Assembly: GCA_030615505.1 (NCBI GenBank)
Contig: JAUWZD010000007.1
Span: 4,702-68,701, forward strand
DNA: 64,000 nucleotides
Direction: 5' to 3'
Source of the DNA: Spirochaetales bacterium
GTDB taxonomy: Bacteria > Spirochaetota > Spirochaetia > SZUA-6 > DRHE01
Part shown: piece by piece, positions 1 to 10,279 of the stretch
Layout: each line of letters opens with the position of its first letter
Position numbering within the stretch: position 1 is the first letter of the stretch
Notes under the pieces: generated by a model
What the model was told of the DNA's origin: nothing
The model's input: only the letters and a program-made list of their open reading frames with translations
Database searches by the model: none
Program-made: the position numbers and the translations under genes

Positions 1-388
1 CATTCTCAAGGGCAAGTTTTTTCTTCTCCAGTGCCCTTTTGACTATCATCCGCAGACCGTTCGGGGTGAATGGTTTGGGAACAAAATCATAGGCTCCTCT
101 TTTCATGGCCTCTACGGCGGACTCGATGGTTGCATACCCGGTAATGACGATTATGATAGCCTCAGGGTCGTCCCCTTTTATCTCGTTCAATACTTCCATA
201 CCAGCCAAGCCAGGCATCTTTAAATCAAGTATGATGAGGTCGAAAGATTCTTTCTTTAGCATAGCGAGCCCCATCAAACCATCATCGGCTACTTCTACCC
301 TGTTTCCATCCCGGGAGAGCGCTTGCCGGCATGAATCCCTTATGGCTTCATCATCATCAATGACCAGTATGTTCGCCCGGCCGTACAT
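1..388 (-). CDS. Response regulator receiver domain protein (partial; N-terminus at 388, continues past window start)
   Basis: Minus-strand translation from ATG at 388..386 gives MYGRANILVIDDDEAIRDSCRQAL...DLIILDLKMPGLAGMEVL...VITGYATIESAVEAMKRGAYDFVPKPF, a CheY-like receiver with conserved DD/D/K positions. The ORF runs off the left edge. Adjacent to the histidine kinase. Confidence 0.8.
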   Translation of the reverse strand, partial: MYGRANILVIDDDEAIRDSCRQALSRDGNRVEVADDGLMGLAMLKKESFDLIILDLKMPGLAGMEVLNEIKGDDPEAIIIVITGYATIESAVEAMKRGAYDFVPKPFTPNGLRMIVKRALEKKKLALEN

Positions 389-2308
389 TCAGTTCTCTCC
401 CCGCTTTAGAGGTAATCTGATAAAAAAGGTAGTTCCTTTCCCAGGTTCACTTTTCACCTCGATCGCACCTTCATGCCTTGTAATGATTCCATAGCTGACA
501 GCTAAGCCAAGCCCGGTTCCGTGGCCCATTTCTTTGGTGGTGAAGAACGGATCAAATAATTTCTCGAGATTCTCCTGGATGATGCCACAGCCCGTATCGG
601 TGAATTCAATTTCAATAGGTTTGTCCTCAAGTGTCATTCTCGTAGCAATAGTCAGTTCTCCCTTCCCCTCCATGGCCTCAGCGGCATTTATGATGATATT
701 TGTAAATACCTGCTGTATCTGGCTGGCATCTATCATCACCTTTGCCAGAGAAGGAGAAATAACTTTTTTTATTTTAATATTTTGGAATAATGCCTGATTT
801 TCAACTAATGAGAGGGTCCGTTCTAAAACTCCGTTTATATCCCATTCTTTGAACATGGGCTTGGTTTGATGGGCAAAGTCGAGGAGCCCCTTCACAATGT
901 CCTTACATCGTGTGGCTTCCCTCACTACCTTCTCCAGATTTTTACGAATGAGACCCTTTGCTTCCAAATCCTCTAATACTAAATGAACGTACATTAAGAC
1001 AGCCCCAAGTGGATTGTTTATTTCATGGGCCACTCCGGCAGCCAACTGTCCCAGGGTGGCCAGCCTTTCCGATTTCATTATCTGCTGCTCGGTGTATTCC
1101 TTTAACTTCTCATCCCTTTCTTTTAGTGAAGAAGCCATAAGGTTGAACGTCTCTCCGAGCTCTCCTATCTCGTCTTTTGATCTGATCTTAACCCGGTATT
1201 GCAGGTTGCCCTTTGCCCACTGATGAGAGGCAAATACTAAACGTTTAATCGGTTCCAATACACCTTTGGCCAGAAAACCGGAGACAATGAGAGCGATAAT
1301 CATCCCGGCAAGTGCTATTCCCAAAAACAGCGCTTTAGTGCTATTTCTCATATCCGTAAATTTCTCTTCCAGAACTCCCACATAGAGAATCCCGATTATC
1401 TCACCATTTATATCCTTTATAGGTTCATATGCGGCTATATACCAGTTATTCACCACAAATGCTCTATCTATCCATGAAAGCCCCTTTACCAATACCTGCT
1501 CGTATACCTCCTCAGATACTCGGGTCCCAATTGCCCGGCTTCCATCCTCTCTCTTAACATTGGTTGAGATGCGCAGGTTGCACTGAAAGATCGTAGATGT
1601 TCCAATATCCTTTCCCTTATACTTTACGCCTTGATAGACTGTGTCTTTTACCCCATCAACGATCTTGTAGTCTCGACTAAGTAAATTGCCACCGTACAGT
1701 ACTCCAATCAGGCTGCCGTTATAAAAAACAGGTGCAGCAGCCTTTATCATCATCCCTGAAGTCTCTTCAGTTTCGAGCCTTGGCCTTGCCTTCGGAGTAG
1801 AGATGAATTTTATATAGGCTTGCTCAACCAGATCTACCCCTTCTTTTATGAGTTCTTCCCCTGGAACTATCACTGTTGCAGTCGCAACTTCCCTCCTCGA
1901 TAATACCCAGCCTACCAGATCATCATGCGCCTGGTTGTCACTATAGACAGACGGATTACGGGACCTGACTATGACCCGCCCATTTTTATCCGTAAGTGTC
2001 AATATATCTAAGAATTCCCTCTTTCTTATCTTCTCCAGTTCGGTTTTTAGCATTTCTATATCATTCTCTAAAATGGCCTCTTCTATGAAAAACCTCATAG
2101 TGGTGAAACGTACAATATCTTTAATATTTTTAACTTCATCCTGATATATATGCCGGGCAGAGTTCAGGTCAATTTCCACCTTATCCTGAGCCTGCCTGAT
2201 TATGCCGGTAACGATTAAACGACTGCCTACCAGGGTAGCAACCAAACCGCATATTAGTATCACCGCCAAAAAACTTATAATCAGTTTTGTCCTTAATGAG
2301 ATTTTCAT
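389..2308 (-). CDS. Sensor histidine kinase (N-terminal TM plus extracytoplasmic sensor domain, HAMP, HisKA, HATPase_c)
   Basis: 639-aa ORF. H-box ATLGQLAAGVAHEINNPLGAV. G-boxes GTGLGLAVSYGIITRHEGAIEVKSEPGKGTTFFIRLP. N-terminal hydrophobic helix, a ~270-aa sensor region, then a second TM helix. Stop abuts the RR start. Confidence 0.85.
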   Translation of the reverse strand: MKISLRTKLIISFLAVILICGLVATLVGSRLIVTGIIRQAQDKVEIDLNSARHIYQDEVKNIKDIVRFTTMRFFIEEAILENDIEMLKTELEKIRKREFLDILTLTDKNGRVIVRSRNPSVYSDNQAHDDLVGWVLSRREVATATVIVPGEELIKEGVDLVEQAYIKFISTPKARPRLETEETSGMMIKAAAPVFYNGSLIGVLYGGNLLSRDYKIVDGVKDTVYQGVKYKGKDIGTSTIFQCNLRISTNVKREDGSRAIGTRVSEEVYEQVLVKGLSWIDRAFVVNNWYIAAYEPIKDINGEIIGILYVGVLEEKFTDMRNSTKALFLGIALAGMIIALIVSGFLAKGVLEPIKRLVFASHQWAKGNLQYRVKIRSKDEIGELGETFNLMASSLKERDEKLKEYTEQQIMKSERLATLGQLAAGVAHEINNPLGAVLMYVHLVLEDLEAKGLIRKNLEKVVREATRCKDIVKGLLDFAHQTKPMFKEWDINGVLERTLSLVENQALFQNIKIKKVISPSLAKVMIDASQIQQVFTNIIINAAEAMEGKGELTIATRMTLEDKPIEIEFTDTGCGIIQENLEKLFDPFFTTKEMGHGTGLGLAVSYGIITRHEGAIEVKSEPGKGTTFFIRLPLKRGEN

Positions 2309-2456
2309 GTCTTTCCTGTAGAGTATAGAATTTGTTAAAAGCTTGGTCTACAAGATCTTCTGGAGCACGCTTTAACAAATTAACTCTCCAGTTTTTGCGG
2401 AAATTCTCCGGCTTCCTTGATTTTATACCTTTCTTGAATTATCATCTTTCCCATCA

Positions 2457-3320
2457 ATGGAACTTGAACATATCTTACAGCCAATATCAAAAGAACTGCT
2501 TAAGGTTTCGACAGAGATAACAATTCAGCTAAATAAAATTTGTGAAAAACAAAACCCAGGATTCCTGGATAAAAAATATATGGATCAGACTATCAAGCAT
2601 CTCTTTAAGGTTCCGGGAAAATTATTGCGCCCGGCTTTAATTTTACTGTCTGCCAAAGCGGTCAACAAAATAGAAACACCAGATTATGATTCCTTAATAA
2701 AACTGGCAACAGCAGTTGAACTCATGCATTCTGCATCGCTTGTTCATGATGATATAATCGATGAATCAGAATATCGTAGAAAGCAGTTATCCCTGAACAA
2801 AGAGTTTTGCAATCAAACAGCAGTTCTCGTCGGGGATATCCTCTATTCTCAATTCTTCTCTATACTAATTAATCTCGAAACAGTGAGCCACGAACAGCAA
2901 ATAATGCTTTTAGAAATCTTCGCAACCACTACAAGAAGAATGTGTATAGGTGAAATATATGAACAGCAGATAAAGAATTACAATACAAAGCCCACTCTCC
3001 AGGAATACCTGGAAATTATAGAAAATAAGACTGCTTCTCTTATGTCCGCATGTTGCCTTTCTGGAGCAGCAATAAATGGAGCAGATGAAAAATTCTCCAG
3101 GGCGCTGGCAAACTATGGGCTTTGCCTCGGATCATCTTTTCAAATCAGTGATGATTGTATAGATGATGACTCATTATATAACTCTAAAAAAGATTTGATT
3201 GAAAAGGCAAAAGAATATTCTTGCCTGGCAAAAGAGGAGATAGCCGTTCTTGAGCAAAGCCCAGCCAAGCAAAGCCTCCTTAATCTAAGTGAGTATGTAA
3301 TTGAGAGAATTAAAGAATAG
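2457..3320 (+). CDS. Polyprenyl diphosphate synthase family protein (trans-isoprenyl diphosphate synthase)
   Basis: Two Asp-rich motifs typical of trans-prenyltransferases: LVHDDIIDESEYRRK and FQISDDCIDD. Confidence 0.7.
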   Translation: MELEHILQPISKELLKVSTEITIQLNKICEKQNPGFLDKKYMDQTIKHLFKVPGKLLRPALILLSAKAVNKIETPDYDSLIKLATAVELMHSASLVHDDIIDESEYRRKQLSLNKEFCNQTAVLVGDILYSQFFSILINLETVSHEQQIMLLEIFATTTRRMCIGEIYEQQIKNYNTKPTLQEYLEIIENKTASLMSACCLSGAAINGADEKFSRALANYGLCLGSSFQISDDCIDDDSLYNSKKDLIEKAKEYSCLAKEEIAVLEQSPAKQSLLNLSEYVIERIKE

Positions 3321-3325
3321 TAGGG

Positions 3326-4189
3326 TTAGAATATTTCCTCTGATAGTTCCTGAATTTGCTTGTAACTAAGAACCGGCCCATCCTTACAGACATACATAGT
3401 GCCAATATTGCATCGGCCGCACTTGCCGATTCCGCAGCTCATCCTTCTCTCTAAAGAGGTTATGATTCTATCCGGACTGAACCCCAAATCCAACAAGGGC
3501 AGCATGGTAAACTTCAACATTATCGGCGGGCCACAGACGAGCACAATAGCGTTCTCTGAGCTTGGCGCTATCTCCTGCAGCACCGCAGGTACGAATCCTT
3601 CCCGGCCCTTCCAGTCCTCATCACCCCTGTCCACGGTGACGTACATCTCTATTTCATCTCTCTCTTCCCACTCCTTTAGCTCGGGCTTGTATATGAGCTC
3701 GCCCGGGCTGCGTGCGCCGTAGATCACGGTGATATTTTCAAATCGGGCCCTGGACTTCTCGTTGAGCATATATCTGATGGTCGACCTCAGAGTTGTGAAG
3801 GCGAACCCCCCGCCCACGATAAGGACATTCTTCCTTTCCAACTCCTTCAAGGGAAAGGAATTCCCATAGGGTCCCCTCACGCCTATACGGGCGCCCTCCT
3901 CAAGATTGTGCAAAGCGGTTGTCACTACCCCTGTCGGGTAGCACTTCACTGTGAACTCCAGATATTGCTCATCCAGAGGCGAGGAGGCTATTCCTATAGG
4001 GCTTTCCCCGGCTCCCGGGACTGAAAGCATGGCAAACTGCCCACATTCGTATTTGAAGCTCTTCTTATCATCCCTGTTGCAGAAGGCCAGCCTGAATGTC
4101 TTGAGGTCCCTGGCCTCGTTCTCTATAGTGATCTTCTCGATGGTGACCAGTTTGGGGAAATATGGGTTAGCCATGCAATTTGAGCTCAC
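3326..4189 (-). CDS. FAD/NAD(P)-binding oxidoreductase with C-terminal [2Fe-2S] (AsrB / sulfhydrogenase gamma / PyrK-like)
   Basis: Ferredoxin-reductase-type fold motifs (GQFAMLSVPGAGESPIGIASSP; LIVGGGFAFTTLRST). C-terminal CGIGKCGRCNIG cluster motif. Last gene of the long operon; 4-bp overlap with the upstream gene. Confidence 0.75.
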   Translation of the reverse strand: MSSNCMANPYFPKLVTIEKITIENEARDLKTFRLAFCNRDDKKSFKYECGQFAMLSVPGAGESPIGIASSPLDEQYLEFTVKCYPTGVVTTALHNLEEGARIGVRGPYGNSFPLKELERKNVLIVGGGFAFTTLRSTIRYMLNEKSRARFENITVIYGARSPGELIYKPELKEWEERDEIEMYVTVDRGDEDWKGREGFVPAVLQEIAPSSENAIVLVCGPPIMLKFTMLPLLDLGFSPDRIITSLERRMSCGIGKCGRCNIGTMYVCKDGPVLSYKQIQELSEEIF

Positions 4190-5235
4190 TTAATCACCTC
4201 TGCCAATGTTTCTCTTATGTCCATGTTGACCGGGCAATTACTGATGCAGCGCCCGCAGCCGACACAGAAGATATCCTCGAAGTTTTCTACGGTATAGCGA
4301 AACTTGTGCATGATCCTCTGCCTCATCCTCTCCTCGTTCGAAGTCCTGGGGTTATGTCCCGAGGCTTCGAGGGTGAAGGAGGGGAACATGCAGGAGTCCT
4401 GAACTCTGATGCGCCTGCCCTTCAATTCGACCTTTTCATCGTAAAGACCGAAGCAGTGACAGGTCGGACACGTATAGGTGCAGACACCGCAGCCGAGGCA
4501 TCTCTGAGATATCTCCTCCCAGAGGGGGGAATCGAAGCAGCCCTGCAGCTTTTCGGTTATGCCGGAAAGATCGATTGTCTGAACCCTCTTCTCTGCAGCG
4601 GATACCTCCTCGTCTCTGGCTTTTATATCAGCTTTCCCGGGTTTCTTGAAGATGGCAGGGTAGTTCTCCATGAACCTCGTGCCTTTTTCAGAACAGGCCT
4701 CAAATAGAAGAGAGTCTTTCACCTCGAAGGCCAGTATGTCGGCCCCCTTCTTGCCAGCCGGGCTTGCCCCCACCGAGGTACAGAAGCAGGTCTTAAGCGG
4801 CTCCCTGCAGGCCAGTGATATTATGAGTGAGTTGTCCCTCCTGCTGCGATAGTAGGGATCAGTGAACTTCTCATCGATGAATATCTTATCCAGGTAGAGG
4901 AGTGAGAGCGCATCGCACGGCCTCACACCGAAGATCACGGCCTTCTCCTCGGACAGAGGAAGGTCTGTCATACTCTCATCCTCGTAGGTGCAGATCACCT
5001 CACTAAAGGGGAAGAACTGACGCTTGGGAGGCATCTTGAAGTTGGAGTAGTCAAGGGTCACCTCATCGTCCGGGCCGAGCTCGGAAAGGGACAGGCCCTC
5101 GCTTCCCCTGATGAGCCCATAGAATGTGCCCTCTTTTTTGACTGATGCGATGAGCTTCTTCAGGTCCTCTTTCTTTATCAATCCCTGCAACATCTCAATC
5201 CTCTTACGGTTCGGTGATAAAGCTCTGGCTATCAT
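4186..5235 (-). CDS. Fe-S protein, AsrA / sulfhydrogenase-beta-like (4Fe-4S clusters)
   Basis: Cys clusters CLGCGVCTYTCPTCHC and CVGCGRCISNCP. Pairs with the AsrB-like gene downstream, as in AsrAB/HydBG-type modules. Confidence 0.6.
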   Translation of the reverse strand: MIARALSPNRKRIEMLQGLIKKEDLKKLIASVKKEGTFYGLIRGSEGLSLSELGPDDEVTLDYSNFKMPPKRQFFPFSEVICTYEDESMTDLPLSEEKAVIFGVRPCDALSLLYLDKIFIDEKFTDPYYRSRRDNSLIISLACREPLKTCFCTSVGASPAGKKGADILAFEVKDSLLFEACSEKGTRFMENYPAIFKKPGKADIKARDEEVSAAEKRVQTIDLSGITEKLQGCFDSPLWEEISQRCLGCGVCTYTCPTCHCFGLYDEKVELKGRRIRVQDSCMFPSFTLEASGHNPRTSNEERMRQRIMHKFRYTVENFEDIFCVGCGRCISNCPVNMDIRETLAEVIK

Positions 5236-6199
5236 CCTGCTTGAAGGTCCACAGAGGCGGGAGCTCTTCGACTGAAAGACCGGGCACGTAATCGAACAGC
5301 TCTTTCACGTCCTTGACCAGTTTCTGGGTGAACAGCCGCAGGTCTATATCCATAGGACAGGCGTGGACGCAGGCGTCGCACTCCACGCATCTGCCGGCCT
5401 GGTGGAAGATCCGGCCTATGTGGTAGATCATCACATTCGAGAGCTCATCGCTTGCTCCTATCCACCTGGGTTTGGTTTGATCGACAAAACAGATCTTGCA
5501 GTAGCAATTCGGGCAGGCCTGCCTGCAGGCATAGCACCTGATGCATTTCGAGATCTCCTTGACAAAGCTCTGCCATCTCTCCTCGGTGGATTTGGCTTCG
5601 AATTCCCTGATCTTTTCATACCTTTCATCGCAGGCCTCTTTCGGCTCACCTTCGATCTGCAAGTCGGCTCCTTCCGCCAAAGGATGAGAGCATTCAAGAC
5701 AAGCCTCTGCGGTGACTTCCTCTCGTTTCAATCTCTTCTTCTCACCGGAGCTTGTGGTTACTTCAAGACTCCCGTCCACCTCTCCCTGGCAGGAATATGG
5801 GCCGGCACCGTCCAGGGCCGCCTCGACCTTTGCCGGATCGATCATGCCGGAACAGGGCATCCCGATGACGATGATATTTTCCTTAATTACCTGATTCTCC
5901 TTAAGCAGCCCCACGACCGATCGGGCATCGCAGCCCTTGGCGATGATCCCCACTCTCGGTGGCGGCGTCTCCTCTTTCTTATGCTCCTGCCTTTGGAAGA
6001 TCCGAGGAAGATAAACCGCCAGGTTATTTGTGCAGTAAGAGTTCCATACAAGCCTATCAACCTCCCCGGCGCTGTGCACGAAGCAGGGACGGCTCCTGAG
6101 CGGAAGCGAGCCATTCTCGTAGCCGATGAGGACGTCGATCTTCTCCCCGGCAAAAAGATCCTTCACCAAATCCTTTAGTTTAATCTCAATGTTGTTCAT
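5204..6199 (-). CDS. FrhB/FdhB-family Fe-S flavoprotein-like, HdrA-associated (paralog of 10280..11449)
   Basis: N-terminal domain with VGIIAKGCDARSV...IGMPCSG pattern. C-terminal ferredoxin-like CIRCYACRQACPNCYC...CVECDACVHACP. Clear paralogy to 10280..11449. Family assignment is tentative. Confidence 0.5.
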   Translation of the reverse strand: MNNIEIKLKDLVKDLFAGEKIDVLIGYENGSLPLRSRPCFVHSAGEVDRLVWNSYCTNNLAVYLPRIFQRQEHKKEETPPPRVGIIAKGCDARSVVGLLKENQVIKENIIVIGMPCSGMIDPAKVEAALDGAGPYSCQGEVDGSLEVTTSSGEKKRLKREEVTAEACLECSHPLAEGADLQIEGEPKEACDERYEKIREFEAKSTEERWQSFVKEISKCIRCYACRQACPNCYCKICFVDQTKPRWIGASDELSNVMIYHIGRIFHQAGRCVECDACVHACPMDIDLRLFTQKLVKDVKELFDYVPGLSVEELPPLWTFKQDDSQSFITEP

Positions 6200-6206
6200 T
6201 TCAGAA

Positions 6207-6641
6207 TCACAATCCCTTTTTCACAAGTTTTTTCGCTGGCCCCAATTCCTTTACCTCATCAACAACTTTTTCAATCAATGCGGCAAAGCGGCTGCCCTCG
6301 GATGCAGAAACCCATGAAAATTGCACCCGTTCAGGCTCGATGCCGAGGTAAGCGAGAAAATTCTTGAGCAGGGCGAACTTCCTCCTTGCCACGAGATTGC
6401 CACTGATATAGTGACAATCTCCAGGGTGGCAGCCGGAAACCAAAACCCCATCCACCCCCTGTTGCAGGGCTTTTACAATATACAATGGATTTATCCTTCC
6501 AGAGCAGGGCACTCTTATCACACGCAGATTAGGCGGATATTGAAGCCTGCTGACACCTGCCAGATCCGCACCTGCATAAGAGCACCAGTTACAGAGGAAT
6601 GCCACTATCTTGGGCTCCCAATTATCCACAGTTTTATTCAC
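6207..6641 (-). CDS. mvhD: MvhD/FlxD-like protein (methyl-viologen-reducing hydrogenase delta subunit family)
   Basis: IVAFLCNWCSYAGADLAG...GCHPGDCHY, the MvhD signature. Immediately downstream of an HdrL gene. Confidence 0.85.
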   Translation of the reverse strand: MNKTVDNWEPKIVAFLCNWCSYAGADLAGVSRLQYPPNLRVIRVPCSGRINPLYIVKALQQGVDGVLVSGCHPGDCHYISGNLVARRKFALLKNFLAYLGIEPERVQFSWVSASEGSRFAALIEKVVDEVKELGPAKKLVKKGL

Positions 6642-6671
6642 CTCTACCGTACCTACCTTATGCCAAAACTC

Positions 6672-9600
6672 TCAAATCGCTTCCAGCGCTTCTAAAATCT
6701 GTTCATTCCTGAAGCCCTTCAAGTCTATTGCCGATGCTAGGCACGTCGCGGCACAGGCGCCGCACCCCTTACACAGGGCTTCATTTATCGTGGCAATTCT
6801 CTTCTCGGTATCAAGCTCGATCGCATTATAGACGCACACCTCAACACAGGCACCGCATCCGTTGCATCTTTCCTCCCGTATGTATGAAACCTTGCCCTCG
6901 GCCTCGATCGTATCTTTGCTGAGAACCGTAGCGGCCCTTCCGGCCGCAGCCCTTGCCTGGGCTATGGTTTCCCCGATATCCTTGGGATAATGGGCAAGAC
7001 CGCAGACAAAAACACCGTCAGTAGCAAAATCAACCGGTCGAAGCTTGACATGTGCCTCAAGGAAGAATCCATCCGGGTCCAGAGGCACCTTCAAAAATTG
7101 AGAGAGAAGCTTGTTTTCCGGGTTGGGGATAATTCCCGCACTAAGCACTAAAAGGTCAGGATTAATGGCAAGCGTTTTGTTCAATATCTTGTCTCTTACA
7201 TCAACGGCCAAACCATTGCTATTTTTATGTACGTCGGGCTTTTCCTCTTTATCGTAGCGTATGAAGATAATGCCTTTCTCGCGGGCAGAGCGATAGAAGC
7301 TCTCCTTAAGCCCGTAGGTGCGGATATCCCGGAAGAGGACATATACTGCCGGCCTGGGATTTAGTTCTTTTAGCTTAATGGCATTTTTTATCGCATTTGA
7401 ACAACACACGCGGCTGCAGTAGGTCCTCTCATCATCCCTGGAACCCACACATTGAATCATCACCACCGTGGCTAAAGATGAGAGCTTTGATTTGTCGGAC
7501 CCATTCAGCATATCTTCTAACTCACGCTGTGTAACCACCCGGTCATCCTCGCCGTAGAGGTATTCCTTGGGTTGATACTCCTCTCCGCCTGAGGCGATGA
7601 TAACTACACCATGTTCGATTTCAGACAACGGGGGATCCAATACTGTCTTGAAATTCCCTATATACCCGCTTATTTCCCTGATCCTTGCATTCATATAGAG
7701 CTTAATCCTGGGATTTTTATTAACCTCTTCATCAAGTGCTTTCAGGATAGGTGCACTCTCCTCACCCTTGAGCGTAGTGTGGACATGCCTGAGATTTCCC
7801 CCCAGCTCCTTCTCCTTTTCCACCAGGTGAACCTGGAAGTTCTGCTCTGCAAGGTCAAGCGCAGCGGTCATACCGGCAAGGCCGCCGCCGATTATCAAGG
7901 CTTCCTTCTTGACATCGAGAGTTTCCTTGTACAACGGCTCGGCAAATACAACTTTAACAATAGAATTTCGAGTAAGATCCTTTGCCTTTTCCGTAGCCTT
8001 TTCAGGTTCCTTCTGATGAACCCAGGAGCATTGTTCTCGGATATTGGCAAATTCAAAGAGATAAGGGTTAACACCCGACTCTTTGAGGGTCTTCTGGAAC
8101 ATCGGTTCGTGAGTACGAGGGGTGCAGGCAGATACAACAATACGATTAAGGCCTTTCTCTTCTATAGCAGCCTTGATGATCTTCTGAGAATCCTGAGCAC
8201 AGGCAAAGAGGAGTTCCTGAGCATGCTTCACCCCGGGTAACCTTGAAACGTATTCCACCACCTGCGGAACATCAACGGTAGAAGCGATGTTTATCCCGCA
8301 CCGACAAATAAAAACTCCGACCCTGGGCGGAATGCCTCTAATATCTAACTCTTGCGGATATTCGAAGCGTATTTCCTTGCTCTGTAACTCACCCAGAAGC
8401 GCAGCTGCTGCTGAAGCCGCCCCGCTTGCCTCCATCACCGATTCGGGTATATCTTTAGGACCGGATATGCTCCCGCAGGAGAAGACCCCGGGCCTGGTGG
8501 TATTGACGGGCCGGAATGTATTCGTCTCCAGGAAACCCCTTGTATCCATAAACACAACTAATCGCCTGGCCGCATCCATGGATGATTCCGATGGCTCGAG
8601 GCCAACTGATAGTACAAGGAGGTCAAACTCTTCCCGGTTTATAATTCCCTCCTGGGTAATGTATTGGATTAGGAGGGTATCTGTATGGGGATTAGATTCC
8701 ACTGAAGCGATACGGCCGCAGATGAAACGAGTCTTATGTTGTTCCTTTGCCATGTCAACAAACCTGTCGAACCCCTTGCCGTAGGCCCTTACATCCATGT
8801 AAAAGATAGCGGTCTGAACCTCGGGTAAATGCTCCTGGGTAATTATCGCATCCTTGGCGGCCTGCATACAACAAATAGCAGAACAGTGCTCGTTTCCAGC
8901 CTGGGTCTCCCGGGATCCTACACATTGGAGAATCGCGATTCTTTTAGGTTCCTTCCCATCTGAAGGCCTTACTACATGGCCGCTGGTGGGGCCGGATGCG
9001 CTCAGTATCCTTTCGAATTCAATGCTCGTTACCACATTTGGGAAGAGCTTGTAGCCATATTCATTCTTGAGACTGGCATTAAACTCCTGAGAACCACAGG
9101 CCAGTATTACCGAACCAACCTCAAGCTCTAGAACCTGCTCCTTTTGTTCAAAATCTATGGCCTTTACTTCACAGAATTTCTCGCAGACCCGGCACTTTCC
9201 CGTCAGGTGATAGCGGCAGGTTTCCTTATCCATGATTGGAATGGCCGGGACAGCCTGAGGGAATGGTATGCGGATGCATTTGGTTTGGCTCAAGCCTTTA
9301 TTATATGGATCGGGTATCTTTATCGGGCACTTGGACATGCAGATCCCACACCCCGTACACTTATCTTCATCAACGTAGCGGGGCTTCTTGAGAACCTTCA
9401 CTCTGAAGTTGCAGGGAGAGCCTTCAAGGCTCAGAACCTCGGCATTGCTCACTATAGTGACATAGGGATGACTTCCCACCTCAACCAGCTTCGGGGAGAG
9501 GATGCACATAGCACAATCATTGGTCGGGAAGGTCTTGTCCAGCTGGGCCATCCGGCCGCCCACGGAGGGACCTTTCTCCACCAGGTAGGTCTCCACTCCC

Positions 9601-9701
9601 ATTTCTCCTAGATCGAGAGCAGCCTGAATACCGGCTATGCCTCCTCCTATCACCATTGCCTTCTTATGCATAGCTATTGTTCCTTCCGATCCTTGAGACA
9701 C
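6672..9701 (-). CDS. hdrL: HdrL-type large heterodisulfide reductase subunit A-like flavoprotein (HdrA domain plus a second HdrA-like FAD domain; 1009 aa)
   Basis: N-terminus VIGGGIAGIQAALDL...LDKTFPTNDCAMC (HdrA signature). Inserted ferredoxin Cys motifs. QCVGSRE...CSAICC, repeated in the second half as QCVGSRD...CSRVCC. C-terminal 2x CxxCxxC. Confidence 0.85.
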   Translation of the reverse strand: MSQGSEGTIAMHKKAMVIGGGIAGIQAALDLGEMGVETYLVEKGPSVGGRMAQLDKTFPTNDCAMCILSPKLVEVGSHPYVTIVSNAEVLSLEGSPCNFRVKVLKKPRYVDEDKCTGCGICMSKCPIKIPDPYNKGLSQTKCIRIPFPQAVPAIPIMDKETCRYHLTGKCRVCEKFCEVKAIDFEQKEQVLELEVGSVILACGSQEFNASLKNEYGYKLFPNVVTSIEFERILSASGPTSGHVVRPSDGKEPKRIAILQCVGSRETQAGNEHCSAICCMQAAKDAIITQEHLPEVQTAIFYMDVRAYGKGFDRFVDMAKEQHKTRFICGRIASVESNPHTDTLLIQYITQEGIINREEFDLLVLSVGLEPSESSMDAARRLVVFMDTRGFLETNTFRPVNTTRPGVFSCGSISGPKDIPESVMEASGAASAAAALLGELQSKEIRFEYPQELDIRGIPPRVGVFICRCGINIASTVDVPQVVEYVSRLPGVKHAQELLFACAQDSQKIIKAAIEEKGLNRIVVSACTPRTHEPMFQKTLKESGVNPYLFEFANIREQCSWVHQKEPEKATEKAKDLTRNSIVKVVFAEPLYKETLDVKKEALIIGGGLAGMTAALDLAEQNFQVHLVEKEKELGGNLRHVHTTLKGEESAPILKALDEEVNKNPRIKLYMNARIREISGYIGNFKTVLDPPLSEIEHGVVIIASGGEEYQPKEYLYGEDDRVVTQRELEDMLNGSDKSKLSSLATVVMIQCVGSRDDERTYCSRVCCSNAIKNAIKLKELNPRPAVYVLFRDIRTYGLKESFYRSAREKGIIFIRYDKEEKPDVHKNSNGLAVDVRDKILNKTLAINPDLLVLSAGIIPNPENKLLSQFLKVPLDPDGFFLEAHVKLRPVDFATDGVFVCGLAHYPKDIGETIAQARAAAGRAATVLSKDTIEAEGKVSYIREERCNGCGACVEVCVYNAIELDTEKRIATINEALCKGCGACAATCLASAIDLKGFRNEQILEALEAI

Positions 9702-9719
9702 GTTAGAGCTTTCAAGAGC

Positions 9720-10199
9720 TTACCCTGAGATCTGGCCAATCTTTGCCTTGAGCTCTTCTATCATCTGTTTTCTGCCTTCAATTGTGTTTTTTATCATGTC
9801 ACGCCTTATCATTTGAGAGAATCTGTCCACATCATCGCTATCCGCCAGCATATCCGCAGGTACACACTTATGCTTAATGGCGAGGTGTCTCAGTGCCTTC
9901 ATAATATCTGTAAAATTCACCTCCTGGGGGCAGCGGGCATAGCATCGGTAGCACATGACGCAAAACCAGATTACGGGTGATTTCAAAACCTCCTCCCGCA
10001 TCCCAAAAAGTACCTGCCGGATGATCTTTCTGGGGTTATACTCCTCATCAATGTTCGTTACAGGACAACCCGCAGCGCACGTACCACAGGCGAAGCACTT
10101 CCTAATATTCTCACCTCCCGGCAGAGAAGCCACCTCCTCACAGAAACTTGCATCCAGATCCTCAACCACTATCCTGTCGACTTCTCCACTATCCAACAT
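9720..10199 (-). CDS. HdrC-like 4Fe-4S dicluster protein
   Basis: CFACGTCAAGCP and CVMCYRCYARCP motifs in a ~160-aa protein; HdrC/SdhB-like architecture. Confidence 0.6.
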   Translation of the reverse strand: MLDSGEVDRIVVEDLDASFCEEVASLPGGENIRKCFACGTCAAGCPVTNIDEEYNPRKIIRQVLFGMREEVLKSPVIWFCVMCYRCYARCPQEVNFTDIMKALRHLAIKHKCVPADMLADSDDVDRFSQMIRRDMIKNTIEGRKQMIEELKAKIGQISG

Positions 10200-10279
10200 T
10201 ATCCGGCTCCTTATGAATTACAGAAATTACACACCTTTCAAGCGTTCGCCTATTCAAGTATACATGCCTCCGACTAAAA

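Noticed and set aside
105-494. 129-aa plus-strand ORF at the window start
   Set aside because: Lies antisense to the well-supported response-regulator receiver domain (DD...D...K motifs on the minus strand) and has a low-complexity Ser/Pro-rich translation. It is a shadow ORF.
5363-8240. Plus-strand ORFs 5363..6178 (271 aa), 7611..8240 (209 aa) and similar ones inside the Hdr/MvhD genes
   Set aside because: All are antisense to minus-strand genes with strong conserved Fe-S/FAD motifs. Translations are Arg/Leu/Pro-rich with no motifs, the typical shadow-frame composition of GC-balanced coding DNA.
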